A stretch of 64,000 nucleotides of DNA from Callorhinchus milii. Its lineage: Eukaryota. Numbering within the stretch: position 1 is the stretch's first letter; each line of letters begins with the position of its first letter. A model generated the notes under the pieces. That model did no database searches. It was given only the letters and a program-made list of their open reading frames with translations, and was not told the DNA's origin. The DNA lies in contig NW_024704742.1 in assembly GCF_018977255.1 (NCBI RefSeq), forward strand, positions 12,216,001-12,280,000, in the 5' to 3' direction. Of the stretch, positions 26,461-38,915 are shown one piece after another. A program made the translations under genes and the position numbers.

Positions 26461-27904
26461 GTGAGTACATGTTAATTGCTTCAGCCCAATGTTTAACTTG
26501 TTTATTGCAGTACTGTTGAATTTCTAATCATATCTCTGTGCAGGTTTTGGTTGCATCCATGCGAAGATTTCATAATGCAATTACACTTCAAACCTTTTTC
26601 TGCATTATATTAGCAAAGAGTGAACGATACTTGTACATTGAAGCCCCATTGGTGATTGAGAGCCTTAATAAATCCCATTATCCCCCCATGCTTTCATACA
26701 ACTTTGATCCAGCTTCAGTGGTGCAAGCAGGCAGCTGGCTAGATTTTCTCACACGCCAGCTGGTTCCAATACATTTTTTTAAAAATCTCTTTCACCAGAT
26801 TGGCAGTGATGTAACGTCCTGTTGATATATGCACAAAACAGGAATTGACCTGATAGCAACCTGATAGTTCGAATGTTAGCCATTTTTTGTGCATGGGAAG
26901 CTGCAATGACTCCTTTCATGCATATATTGTTGTCACTTCCTGTGTGCTGAGCAGACGCAGATGTAAAGTTCTATGACAAACTTATAACCTGAAAGTTGGC
27001 CATTTTAGCATGAGAGTCAGCTGGTGCATAGAAAGCTTGTGTGTTGGCTATGTGCAGTGAAGGGGATATACAATGCAATCGCTTTATAAGCAACTCAGCA
27101 TAATAATAAACGTGTTATAATGGGGCCGCACACTATATTTATGTTCTCGAAGAGTCGAACATGTTTTTCTTTCTAAAGAGATAATGCTGTAAATTCTATA
27201 GTCTGAGGCAATTTTCCAACACTTTCTGTGAGATTGCTAAAAGGGGTTAAAGAAATTCTCAACATGATTCAATTTAAACTCTTGGGTCTGGGATTTCCAT
27301 GTATAGGTGGGATGCATGGAAACCTCAGCTTGGTTTGGATACTCTTAAGCATGGTGATGGCTTTCTGCGTGTGTCAGATACCCAGCTGACCCCCCACCCA
27401 AAAAAGTTTGGGTTTTATTTGTACCATGTGCTAATTATGTGAAAGCATCAATGTAGTGTGCATTACGTATACACAGAATGTCAGCAATTATAGATAATTA
27501 TGTAATTATCAATGAAACGGTTTGGTGATAATTTATTCACATTGGATGTATGAAGTTATTTTAGCTTGTGGAGTATATTGATGGATTTTATTTTATAATT
27601 TTTTTAAAAAAAGTTTAATCCTGGCTTTTTTTAAAAAAAACAAATATTATTTCCCCTCACTACCTAAAGTAAGATCGATTGTAATGCTAGGTCACCGTGG
27701 CTAAAACCGTGGCTAAAACTGGCTAACACAGCACAGATCAGAAGTCATACTTTCTGATCTCTTTCCAGATCTGTCAGCTTAGTGTGACTCCAAGCTGTAT
27801 ATTTAAACTAGTGTATTCAGAAACCTGCCAGACCAGTGGCAAAGAAAAAAATGTGTAGTTTGCATATTAAACTGTGGTTTGTCTATTTGCCTTCGTCAAC
27901 ATAG

Positions 27905-28032
27905 GTTGTCCGCCGTATTGGCTGATTTGCAGGACATAGATGCAAATCCATCTGATCAAGAACAGTTAAACAAATTCTTGAAGGATTTGAATCCAAGGAT
28001 TAATATTCTTGATAATCTAAAGGAGGAACAAG
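27905..28032 (+). CDS. ABCA-like coding exon 4 (LLSAVLADLQDIDANPSDQEQLNKFLKDLNPRINILDNLKEEQ)
   Basis: catag acceptor, gtaaaa donor. 128 nt, phase 2 to 1, compatible with both neighbours. Helical ECD1 segment. Confidence 0.85.
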
Positions 28033-28874
28033 GTAAAACGACTCCAAATGTTCCTCTTTCACTTGTGCTGCTGAATCCCCTCATTCATACCTTTGTCACC
28101 TCCAGTCTTGCTTCTTCAACTTAAACACTCCGGGACACTACCCTGCGTGAAGGGTGCTATGTAAATGCAAGTTGTTGTTGTCTTGATTTTCCAAATGACA
28201 TCTTCGCCAAGTCCTCTAGCCTCACTTTCTACAAGCTCCAGTGCATTCAAAACTCTGCCAAACCACGCCCTTGCCTGCACAAAATGTTGTATTCCCTCCA
28301 TGTCTGTCCTTGTCAGACTTCACTGACTCCCAGCTGATCGAATTCAAGATCTCCATCCTCCTCTACATGGCCTCATACCTATATCTGTCCCTTTATATTT
28401 TTCTTACTCTTCTGTTCGCAAAGCCCTATTGGGTAGGTTGTTGCTAGCTGAACAAGCTGCGGGAATGCCTTGCCAGACAGGGCTTTCGATGGCAAGCTTT
28501 GCAGTTTTAGCTGCTTGAACTCCAGTAATACTCCAATGCACACTCTGAGGTCCTCAACCCTTGGCTATTGCCAACTTGTGCCTAATAGTCTCTGGAATTA
28601 AGTAAGCAGGATATATCCCTCCAGGGAGAGAGGGCATACTCCATTCCAATAAATATCTTTGGAATTACCATGTGTAGGTGGGATGCATGGAACTCTCAAT
28701 TCGGTTTGGCTACTCTTAAGCATTGCAATGGGTTTCTACATGTGTCAGGCTGACCCCCCAAAAAGTAAAATAATCATGGATAATTTTAAAAATATTTTTC
28801 AATTTTATGCTTTTCAATCCGAAGGATGTTAGTGCTAAATGTTGTTTAGAATGACTCTGTCTTGCCACTTGCAG

Positions 28875-28981
28875 ATATTTGGGAAAACAACCAGGCATTG
28901 ACTGCATTTCTAAAGAACAACTTGTCACTTTCGGATGCTGTAATCGCAAATATGAAGTTAGCAAGAAAACAAATGGACAAA
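28875..28981 (+). CDS. ABCA-like coding exon 5 (DIWENNQALTAFLKNNLSLSDAVIANMKLARKQMDK)
   Basis: cttgcag acceptor, gtaagt donor. 107 nt, phase 1 to 0. FL..NLSL motif matches ABCA1 FLYHNLSL. Confidence 0.88.
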
Positions 28982-29189
28982 GTAAGTTTTATCAAGTTCA
29001 GCCAAAGATTTTTTTTAGAAGTAGAAAATTTTACATTATATATATTTTTAAGAATGAGAAACTCTTATTAAAATCCAGTGTAGAAAATCTCAAGGTTCTC
29101 CTGAAGGTCACCACATATTGGTAGTTTATAAAGGTTCCAAGTAGAATGAGTCATTGTAATTTATAGTGACTATAAGTATGACTGGAACA

Positions 29190-29525
29190 AAACACAAAAT
29201 ACTGCAGATGCTGAAAATCTGAAACAAAAACAGAAGTCCCCGGGAACACACAGCAGGTCATGCAGCATCTATGGAGAAAGGAAAGTGAATCAACGTTTCG
29301 GGTCCACGACTCTTCATCAGAACTGGGGCATGTTGGGAGGGAGAGGCTTTTAAGGGCTAACAGAGCAGGTGGAGGTTGGGCAAGGAAGACATCTCTGTAT
29401 CATTAACACCTCTTTAACCCATCATCCCCTGTCCTCTACCCATTTTCTCCTTTGTCTTCCTTGCCCTGCCTACACACTCTCTGTTAGCCCTTAAAAGCCT
29501 CTCCCTCCCAACATGCCTCAGTTCT
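29190..29525 (-). mobile_element. Penelope-like element terminal fragment with inverted repeat
   Basis: TGCAGATGCTG..AATCTGAAA..CAGCAGGTCA.GCAGCATCT signature (recalled from shark PLE-type repeats), a hammerhead core, and inverted arms at 29319-29391 and 29453-29525. Confidence 0.7.
29287..29324 (-). ncRNA. Minimal type I hammerhead ribozyme motif
   Basis: Minus strand reads AGUU-CUGAUGA-AGAGUC GUG GACCC-GAAAC-GUU-GAUU. Confidence 0.65.
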
Positions 29526-30292
29526 ACGGATGCACGCTCCACCTCACCAAGCCAGTCAGGAACCTAGGCATCTTGTTCGACCCTCAACTGTCCTTTCTCC
29601 CCCATATCCTGCCTTTCCCCACCTCCGCAACATTGTCCAACTCCGCCACTGCCTCACCCCTCAGGCCGCCGAATGCTCATACACATGTTCGTCACCTCAA
29701 GGCTCGACTACGAAAACTCCCTGTTTCTCGGCCTCCCAAACTCTTCCCTCCACAAGCTGCAGATCATCCAGAACCCTGCAGCTCATGTCCTTTCCTGCAC
29801 CAGGCCCTGTGACCCCATCACCCCCACCCTCGCCCGACTCCACTGGCTCCCCATCCCCCAGAGGATAGAAATCAAAATCCTCATCCTCACTTTCAAGACC
29901 CTCCACGGCCTTGCCCCTCCTACCTCTCTGACCTGCTGACCCCCTATCAACCTGTCCACTCCCTCCACTCAACAGGCTCCAGCCTGCTCCAGGTCACCCG
30001 CCCGACCCACCCTAACATTGGCAGCCGGGCTTTCAGCCTCTCTGACCCTGCCCTTTGGAACTCCATCTCACAATCCCTTCGCCTTCATCCATCACTTGCC
30101 TACTTCAAGGCACAGCTCAAGACCTTCCTTTTTGACCGTGCCTTCAGCCACCCTCCTATCTCTCTGCCCTCCGTTATCCCAACACTGCACCCTACGCTCG
30201 GGTCCTGATACCCGACTTTTCAATGCCTTGTCCTCCTGACATGAAAGGCGCTTTACAAGTGTAATTTTGCTGTTGTTTGTTGTTGTTGTTTT
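29526..30292 (+). mobile_element. 5'-truncated L2 LINE
   Basis: SRLDYENSL..LHWLPI peptide, 3' UTR and (TTG)n tail. Confidence 0.92.
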
Positions 30293-31947
30293 ATTTGAAC
30301 ACAATACAATCCTACTGTGAGCAATGAAGTGACTGATTATGGTGGATAGAATTATTCTTGTAAAACTAATGGAGATGGGTTGATTTTACACACCATGAAT
30401 TGAGAAAATAGTAATTGCTACTGTAATGATGCACTTCATCACATTGGATGCAGTGGAAAATTAACTGCAGAAAGAGACTGTAATTACCTAGATTTATGTA
30501 CCTGATTTTAAAATGAGCATGTGGGGGATTAACACAGCTGATGCAGAGACACCAAAGAGTACTACTATTCTTCTATGAAACCTTTTGTTGCTGTGGGTAA
30601 GTACACTGTCCTATGAGGCCTTGTAGATTAGAAAGTCACAGATTTGAGACTGTCCATGATGAGTTAGGTTTACCCATATAGTAAGAGACCAAAGAGCAGT
30701 AGAGACCTGTAATAATGTGCTTTATTCAAACACTGGCTTACTTGCAGTGATTGCATTGTGATCCCAGCTGGATCAAATGTCTTAGTTACATTTTTGCAAT
30801 GACTTCTTTCGAAGCCGGATCAACATGTTTCTGGTTACTACTAGTAATAATAATGCGGGTAATAATCCCTCTAGAAATAAAATGTGTAAAATATATAATA
30901 ATTTGGTCACTTAATCCATGCCTGTTTGTGGGACACTGCTGTGTGCAATTGGCTGCTGCGTTTCACCCACAAAACATACAGTCAATTCACTTAACAGTAT
31001 ATTCTGTGAAGCGCTTTGAGATGTTTCAAAGACGTGATAAGATGGTATATCAAATGCAAGGTTTATTAATATTATTACCCAGCTCAGGCAGCCCTCATTA
31101 TCCCTTGTTGAGCTAGAGTTCCTGCTTCTAAATGCAAACCAACCCCCCACCCCCCCTTCCTGGAAGGTGTATGTGTATGGGCATTGGATGAACACAATAT
31201 TGGACTAATCAGATCGGATATTGCTCAAGCATCATCATATAATGTCAAGCCATAGTAGTGAAGTTCAAGGCTTGAGTTGAAATCAAAGAATAATAAGGAT
31301 TTCAAGAACTTTTCTTTACAAGTCTTAAGTTGCTTATTGCCCGAGGTTCCCATAATCGGTTGGCCTGACAACACAGACTGTCCTCAGCTGAAATTGAATG
31401 ATATTCATTTAGGTTAAGTTTTCCAGGGTATCTGTGGAACCATATCCTCTGAGAATGGTACAAAGGAGTCAAAATGCCTTCAAGCGAGGAGAAAAGCGGA
31501 GAGAAAATCAGGGGAATCTTGATTTTACATTAGCTATGATAGTAAGCCCGAGAAAGTATGTTTTAAACATTGAAGAACACAACCTTTAGAGATATTGTGC
31601 AGTAGTGAAAGCTGAACAAGATGGTTTATTATGTAAGAGCAAAGGACATTTTTTTTTAAAAAAAGTACTGTATTTCTATTGCACAGAACACATGATTATT
31701 CTTTTCTCACTGGTCTTCCCAGCTCAGTAATCTAGAACTCTCACATTCTCTCTTGCACAAGGCTCTTTATATCCATTTCTCACATCTTTGCCCTGCTGGC
31801 TTCTAGTTTATCAGTGGATTTAGTTTAAGATCATTGGCCCAGTTTTCAAATTATTCCATGATCTTGCCTTATCTTACTTTGCACTCATCTCCTCTCCAAA
31901 CCATCCATTTACCTGACTCTGTGCTAGTGCTCCCTTCCCACTCATTT

Positions 31948-32260
31948 TTGTGGAGTCCTGTAGCTCAGTGATTAGAGCACTCGCTTTGCAAGCAAGATAC
32001 CTGGGTTTGATTCCTGGTATGGTGAAACCTTGGGCAAGTTTCCTTACTTCACAAGTCTGATAATAATCCCTCAAAAAAAAGCAATAATAAATTGGTCATT
32101 TTCAATCCACGACTGTTTGTGGGACACTGCTGTACATAATTGGCTGCCGCATTTCGCCCACAAATATACAGTCAATTCACTTTACAGTATATTCTGTGAA
32201 GTGCTTTGAGACGTCTCGAAGATGTGACAAGGCACTATATCAAATGCATGGATCATTATT
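31948..32260 (+). mobile_element. tRNA-head SINE (short form); partial copy at 30830-31078
   Basis: Family match. Confidence 0.9.
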
Positions 32261-32412
32261 ATATTATTCTGCTCTCCCATTGGTGTCTGAAGCCACCATT
32301 TTCTTGTCCTTGAAACTCTCCCCCAAAATCGCTTTGCCTACATTCTTTTTGCCTACAAAACTTCTAAAAATGTATTTTTAATTTTCCTCCTTGATATCCA
32401 CCACTATTTTTG

Positions 32413-35140
32413 TTAACAACAACAACAACAACAAGATTCCATTTATAGAGCGCCTTTCACGTCGGGAGGACGTCCCAAGGCGCTGTACAGTTGGGTCATG
32501 ACCCGAGCAGGAGTTGTGGCGCAGATATGAGGGAGAAAGGACAGCTCAGGGTCGAACGGAACACCGAGGTTCCTGATGGCTTTGACAGGTGCAGAGTGCA
32601 GCCTTGGATGCTGATGCTGTCAGCGCCTGAGGTGCGGAGGCGCTGACGTGAGCCAATCAGGAGGGCCTCAGTTTTGCGCACGTTGAGCTGAAGAAAGTTG
32701 TCTCTCGTCCAGGACTCGATGTCGGACAGACAGCTGTCAGGACATCGGTGGTCGTGGAGTTGAGGGTAGAGGAGGAAAGGTAGAGTTGGGTGTCATCCGC
32801 ATACATGTGGAAGTTAACCCCATGTCTGCGGATGATGTCACCAAGGGGGAGCATGTAGAGGGTGAAGAGGAGGGGACTGAGGACAGAGCCTTGAGGGACA
32901 TCGCACGTGGAAACAAACTGAAGACGGTGGGAGAGGTACGACCTAAACCACTCGAGGACAGGGCCTTGAAGGTTGAGGTGGGAGGACAAGCGGTGGAGGA
33001 GGATAGCATGGTCGACCGTATCGAATGCTGCCGATAGGTCGAGGAGGACGAGGAGGCAGAGGGAGCCCTGGTCACAGATGGTCAGGATGTCGTTGGTGAC
33101 CTTGACCAGGGCAGTTTCTGTGCTATGGGCAGCACGGAAACCCGACTGAAGGGGTTCGAATAATGAATGGGTGGAGAGGAAAGAGCGCAGCTGGGAGGCG
33201 ACAACTTGTTCCAGGACCTTGGACAGGAAGGGGAGGTTGGAGATGGGCCGGTAGCTTGATAGCTGCGACGCATCAAGGGAGGATTTTTTTCAAGGTGAGA
33301 GTGATGGTGGCAGTTTTTAAGGGAATGGGAACGGAGCCAGAGGAGAGGGACAGGTTGACGATGTCTGTGATATGTGGGGCAAGGAGGTGGAGCTGGGAGA
33401 TAAGGAGTGGAGTGGGGATAGGGTCAAGGGAGCAGGTGGTGGGTTTCAGGGATAGGATGAGTTTGGTGACAGAGGGTGGGGAAACGGGTACGAAAATGTG
33501 TAGGGGAGGATGGGTAGGAGTCGGAATGTGGGAGGGAGGGGGTGGGGGGTGGGTGGATGTTGGAGGGGAAGTGACCGCAAAGCGAATTCCCTTGATTTTG
33601 GATTCAAGGAAATCAAGTATCTCCTCGCAGTGAAGGTTGGAGGAGATGACCTGCGCGGGGTGGCAGGGGGGACGGAAGAGTCGGGATGTGGTAGAAAACA
33701 GTAGCCTGGGGTTGTTCTTCGCCTCCAGGATTATCCTGGAGTAGAAGGACGACTTGGCTGAGGCTAGAGTGGAGCGGTAGATTTTGAGGAGGTCCAGCCA
33801 GATTTGTCGGTGGACCGTTAGGCCAGATTTGACGCAGGTGCGTTCAGCGGCCCGCACCTGGCTCTTCAGTGAGTGGAGGTGGGTGGTGAACCAGGGGAGG
33901 AGCGAGAGTAGGAGACAGTATGGGAGGTGATGGGGGCAAGAGTATCGAGTGTGGAGGAGAGGGTGTTGTGTAGGAGGGTGAGAGGAGAAATGGGTTCAGT
34001 GAGGGTTGAAGGCCAGAGGGAGAGGAGTTCAGAGGACTCCAAGGTAGCGGTTAGGGATTGTGGGGGTAACTTCTTCCAGGGGCGGTAGAAGATGGTGGTG
34101 GGTCTGGTGGAGGTGGGGAGGGGGTGGAGGTGGTGAAGGAGATGAAGTGGTGGTCGGAGACGGCCTTGTCGGTGATAGTGACATCCGAGACACTGAGGCC
34201 CCGGGTGATCACCAAGTCGAGTGGGTGGCCGTGACTGTGAGTGGGGGAGTTGATGTGGAGGGAGAGGTTGAGCGAGGAGAGCAGGGAAGAGAAATCTGAG
34301 GAGATTGAGCAGGAGGGGGTGAAGTGCAGGTTGAAGTCACCCAGGATGATGAGGCGATCAGAGCAGAGGCAGAGAGATGTAAGAAGTGTCGAAATATCGG
34401 AGATAAAGGTGGGAAAGGTTTTAGGGGGCCGGTAGAGGAGGAGGATTTTGAGCGAGAGGAGGGTGAGAGGGTGAGGTGCTCGAAAGAGGGGAAATTGCCA
34501 GGGGGATAGAGCAAGTGGTGTCCTTGAGATAAGAGCTACACCACCGCCACGGCGGTTGGGGCGAGGGATGTGGTGGGAGGTGTAGCCGGGTGGTGTGGCC
34601 TCCGTCAGGGGGAAGGTGTCACCTGGGGTGAGCCAGGTTTCCGTTAAGGCCATGATATCAACACTGTCATCAAGGATGAGATCGTTGATGACCAGGGCCT
34701 TGTTACAGAGGGAGCGGACGTTTTGTAGTCCGATGTGGAGGGAGCGGTTGACAGAAGGGTGTGTGGGAGGGGAGGTGGGTCCAGGTTGTGAGGCAGGGGT
34801 GGGGGAATGAGGATGAGGGAGGAGAGGTTGGCTCCCCGGGTCTGTGTCCGGGGTGGCTGGCGAGTGTGGTGGGGAATGGGGCAGTCGGTGTGGCTGCTGC
34901 TGGACAGCCAACGCCGAGTGCCACGGTGAGCCCGGCGGAGGATTCCCAGGCTGGAGCAGAGGGAGGTTGTGGGAGGGTCAAGTGCGGATAGAAGTTGAGA
35001 GGGACGGAGAGAGAGGAGGACAGAGCGGGAGAGATGCAGAAGGGGTAGGGTTTGGGGGTAGAGAGGAGGGAGGGAGGGGGTGAGGGTCATAGCGGCAGCC
35101 ATAGTGCGCATGCGGGGACCGGGAGCGAGTGGTCAGGTGG
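32413..35140 (-). mobile_element. Near-full-length L2 LINE (APE endonuclease + RT), frameshifted and internally deleted
   Basis: EN motifs LQNVRSL, ALTETWL, RGGGVA, LYRPP, GDFNLH, GHPLDLV, SDHH. RT motifs PQGSVLSP and YADDTQLY. Intact tail at 32413-32510. Confidence 0.95.
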
Positions 35141-35279
35141 ATGGAAACATTATCCCATAGGCTGGGGCAGCCAACCCAACAGGACCATGATGTGAGCCCG
35201 GGGGGGGGGGGGGGGGGGAGCTATTTTTTTTAACGTCTCAGAGGTTCTTTTAAGTAATATAATGTCAAGCCTTCAATCC

Positions 35280-35665
35280 GGATGGTTAGGTCTCAGAAGG
35301 AACCTTATAGAAGTATACAATTTTTTTTAAATGGAATTCATAAAGAACAATACTTTTGACTGCACTGATACAGTAGAACAAAAGCACATAGGCTTACAGT
35401 TGCAAATAACAATTTCAACAACAGCAACTAACATTTATATAGCGCCCTTCACGCCGGATTGCATTTCAGACAGACACCAGGAAGTATTTCTTTACCCAGA
35501 GGGTAACTAATAATAGCAACATGTCGCTATCAAGGATAGTTGAATCCAGGATGCTGGATTCATTAAAACAGCTTGATGTTGGGATGGTAGAGTAGATATC
35601 CTGGAAAGATGAGATCAAATAGACTCTAGGGCCTCCTGTATCTGAAACAATCTTGTGAACCTGTC
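35280..35665 (+). mobile_element. Degenerate CR1 3' fragment with a nested L2 tail
   Basis: Similar to 60740-61125. Confidence 0.55.
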
Positions 35666-36659
35666 TTGTGATGTGAAGGACACGTTTATAAATGCAGGTT
35701 ATTTATTGATAAGGTTTTAAACCTAAATTCCTAAAAACTATTTATTGCTTACTACGCGGTAAATGTTTATGATAGTTTTATGATATAAAGCAAATGGTTA
35801 CTGAAGGCTTTTCTTGACCCTTATCAGAGGATAATACCTTCAGTTTGAATCACAAAATTAAGTCTATGAAATAGGCAAAGAGACTGTATTACTGTGTTGT
35901 ATTTGAAGCACTTTGAGACATCTCAAAGACATGATAAGGCGATATATCAAATGCAAGGTTTATTATTATTATTACTCAGGTGCTGCCACTGGCATACATA
36001 CATTTATAATAACTTTTTAAAAAAAAAATAATTTGGTCATTCAATCCATGACTGTTTGTGGGACACTGCAATAGGCTGCCACGTTTCGCCCACAAAATAC
36101 AGTCAATTCACGTTACAGTATATTCTGTGAAACGCTTTGAGATGTCTCAAAGAAGTGATGAGGCGATGTATCAAATGCAAGGATTATTATTTATAAGTGA
36201 CGCCATGCTGCATGACGCCACCTTCCCTTGCTAATTTATTATTAACTGATGCAATCATTGAAATGTCATTTGCATTTAAAACGTGCCATGTGAAATTAAT
36301 TAATTTGTACACTAATACAAAAATGTGCCAAGAAGGTATTTTAATGGACTTATTACTATTTAGTGGTGTGAAAAGGTACTTTCAATTTAATTAACATGGG
36401 TAAAATGAAACTTTTGGGCACCCCACGGCATACACTTTCCTTATATATTTTAGAACTTGTATTGTGGATGCAATAGTAATTGAGGCACATCTTATGCTTT
36501 GGCAACTAGTGTGAGTATTAAGTGATCCAAAATCTGATAATAATGTTGCCAGGTGTGAATCAAAGCTCCTTTTCCTCTGTTCCAACTCTTTTCCAATTGA
36601 GGCTATTTACTCACAATGGATGCTTTTGTAAAGCTAGAAAAAAAAAGTGCCAAGGAGAT

Positions 36660-36982
36660 AATAATAATAATAATAATAATCCTTGCATTTGATATAGCGC
36701 TTTTCACGTTGGGAGGACGTCCCAAAGCGCTTCACAGAACACACTGTAAAGTGAATTGACTGTATATTTGTGGGCGAACGCGGCAGCCAATTGCGCACAG
36801 CAATGTCCCACAAACAGTCGTAGATTGAAAATGACCAATTTATTATTGTTTTTGGTTTTGGAGGGATTATTATTAGGCGTGTGGAGTAAGGAAACTTGCC
36901 CAAGATTTCGCTCTGCCTGGAATTGAACTCAGGTCTCTCACTTGCAAAGCGAGTGCTCTAACCACTGAGCTACAGGACTCCA
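36660..36982 (-). mobile_element. Young full-length tRNA-head SINE
   Basis: Near identity with 11333-11648. Confidence 0.95.
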
Positions 36983-37382
36983 ATCAAAATAATCAAAATG
37001 ATGATGGTACTATCACTAAAGTGGAACACTGTCTCAACCCTTCTCTCTCACTTCATAGTTGTTTTGGGATATTGTTACGTGCCAATTAGCTGCTGCATTC
37101 ACCCGCGAAATACACAGTTACGACACTTCACAGTCAATCGTGTGAAAAGCTTTCAGGCGTCCTCCCAACATGAAAGGTGCTGTACCAAAAGCAAGGATTA
37201 TTATTATAATATTGATGTCTAATTTTGCAGCATTTTTAAGGCTGCATTTCCTGTCTGGCTGCACATGCTTATGCTTCTCTAATTTGCTATAAATCGTTTA
37301 ACTAAAGTTGTGATTTTATATCTTTCATGAGTCTTGGAATCTTTTGAAACAACATTGTCAGGGGCTGCCTTGAGCTACCTGT

Positions 37383-38808
37383 TGAGTCCTGTAGCTTAGT
37401 GGTTAGAGCACTCGCCTCGCACGAGAGACCAGGGTTTGATTCCCGGCAGGGCAAAATGTTTGCTAAGTTTCCTTATTCCACATGGCTATGTTTACCTAGC
37501 AGTAAGTAGGAAACGGTTGTTTGTCGATTGGTGGATTGCTTTTCCGGGAGTAATATTTCCTTAAAATAAAATTGGTCTCTTCAATCTGGACTGTTTGTGG
37601 GACACTGCTGTGCACAATTGGTGCTGCATTTCGCTCACAAAATATACAATCAATTCACTTACAGTATATTTTGTGAAGTTTTTTGAGACGTCTCAAAGAC
37701 GTGATAAGGCACTGCTTAAAATGCAAGGATTATTATTATTATATTTTTCCAGCACATTGGTTGGTACACAGTCAAATCAATATTTGTGTAAATCCTTCAT
37801 GTTGTGTGTTTCAGAAACATTGCTCTGGTTATTTGTTTTTCAAAAAGTAAGGCCTTATTTGAAATCAGTGTACTCCAGTATAGGAATCGTGTAGCGTAAT
37901 GGTTAGCACATTCGCCTCATAAGTGAAAGGACACGGGTTCAAGTCCTGGCAGGGCAAAACTTTAGGCAAGTTTCCTTACTCCACACACCTCTGTTTACTT
38001 AGCAGTAACTAGGAACCTGGTTGTTAGTTGATTGGCGGGTCACTTTCAGGGAGTAATATTCCCTCCAAAAAAAAATGAGGTCACTCGATCTCAGACTGTT
38101 TGTAAGCCACTGCTGTACGCTGCCGCGTTTGCCCACAAGTATACAGTCAATCCACTTATATGTACAATATTTACAATATATACAATATATACACAATATA
38201 GTCTGTAAATTGCTTTGAGACATCTTAACAACATGAAAAGGCACTATATCAAATGCAAGGATTATTATTATAGTTCATATTTGTTTTTTATTTCAGATGT
38301 TTCCAGCATGTTGAGTGTAAGGCAACCGAGAGTAACAATTGATTTCTGAATAATTAGGCTATTCTATAAAAGAAACAAAACTAGAATGTCTATGACTGCT
38401 CATGGATATGTGCAATGTGTTTTTGATAATAAGAATAAAAATAATCATTGCATTTTATATACCACCTTATTACGTCTTTGAGATGCCTCAAAGTGCCTAC
38501 AAAATATACTGTAAAGTGAATTGACTGTATATTTTGTGGGCGAAACGCAGCAGCCAATTACGCACAGCAGTGTCCCACAAACACCCGTGGATTGAAGTGA
38601 CCACTTTATTCTTCTTATTTTTTTGAAAGAATTATTACCCCCGACTAACAACCAGGTTCCTACTTACTATTAGGTAATTAGGTAATTAGGTACTATTAGA
38701 GGCGTGTGGAGTAAGGAAACTTGCCCAATATTTTGCCCTGCTGTGAATTGAACCCAGGTCTCTCGCTTGCGAGGCGAGTGCTCTAACTGCTGAGCTACAG
38801 GACTCCAC
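37383..38808. mobile_element. SINE cluster: 37383-37742(+), 37882-38272(+, tRNA-Val-like head), 38430-38808(-)
   Basis: Family head, body and tail matches. Confidence 0.88.
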
Positions 38809-38915
38809 AATGCTCAATATTTTCATTAGGTATTACAACAAAGTGGATTAATGTATAGGAAGGAAAGGGATTAATTGCAACAGGCTTCTCATAAACAGTA
38901 TTTGTACTTTTCCAG

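Noticed and set aside
28850..28874. Upstream acceptor for exon 5 at 28849
   Set aside because: Wrong phase relative to exon 4. The 28874 acceptor keeps the frame.
37815..37846. AG/GTAAG-bounded micro-exon in the duplicated linker (also 49850-49882)
   Set aside because: 32 nt would frameshift. The 33-nt copy gives TAA in the required phase.
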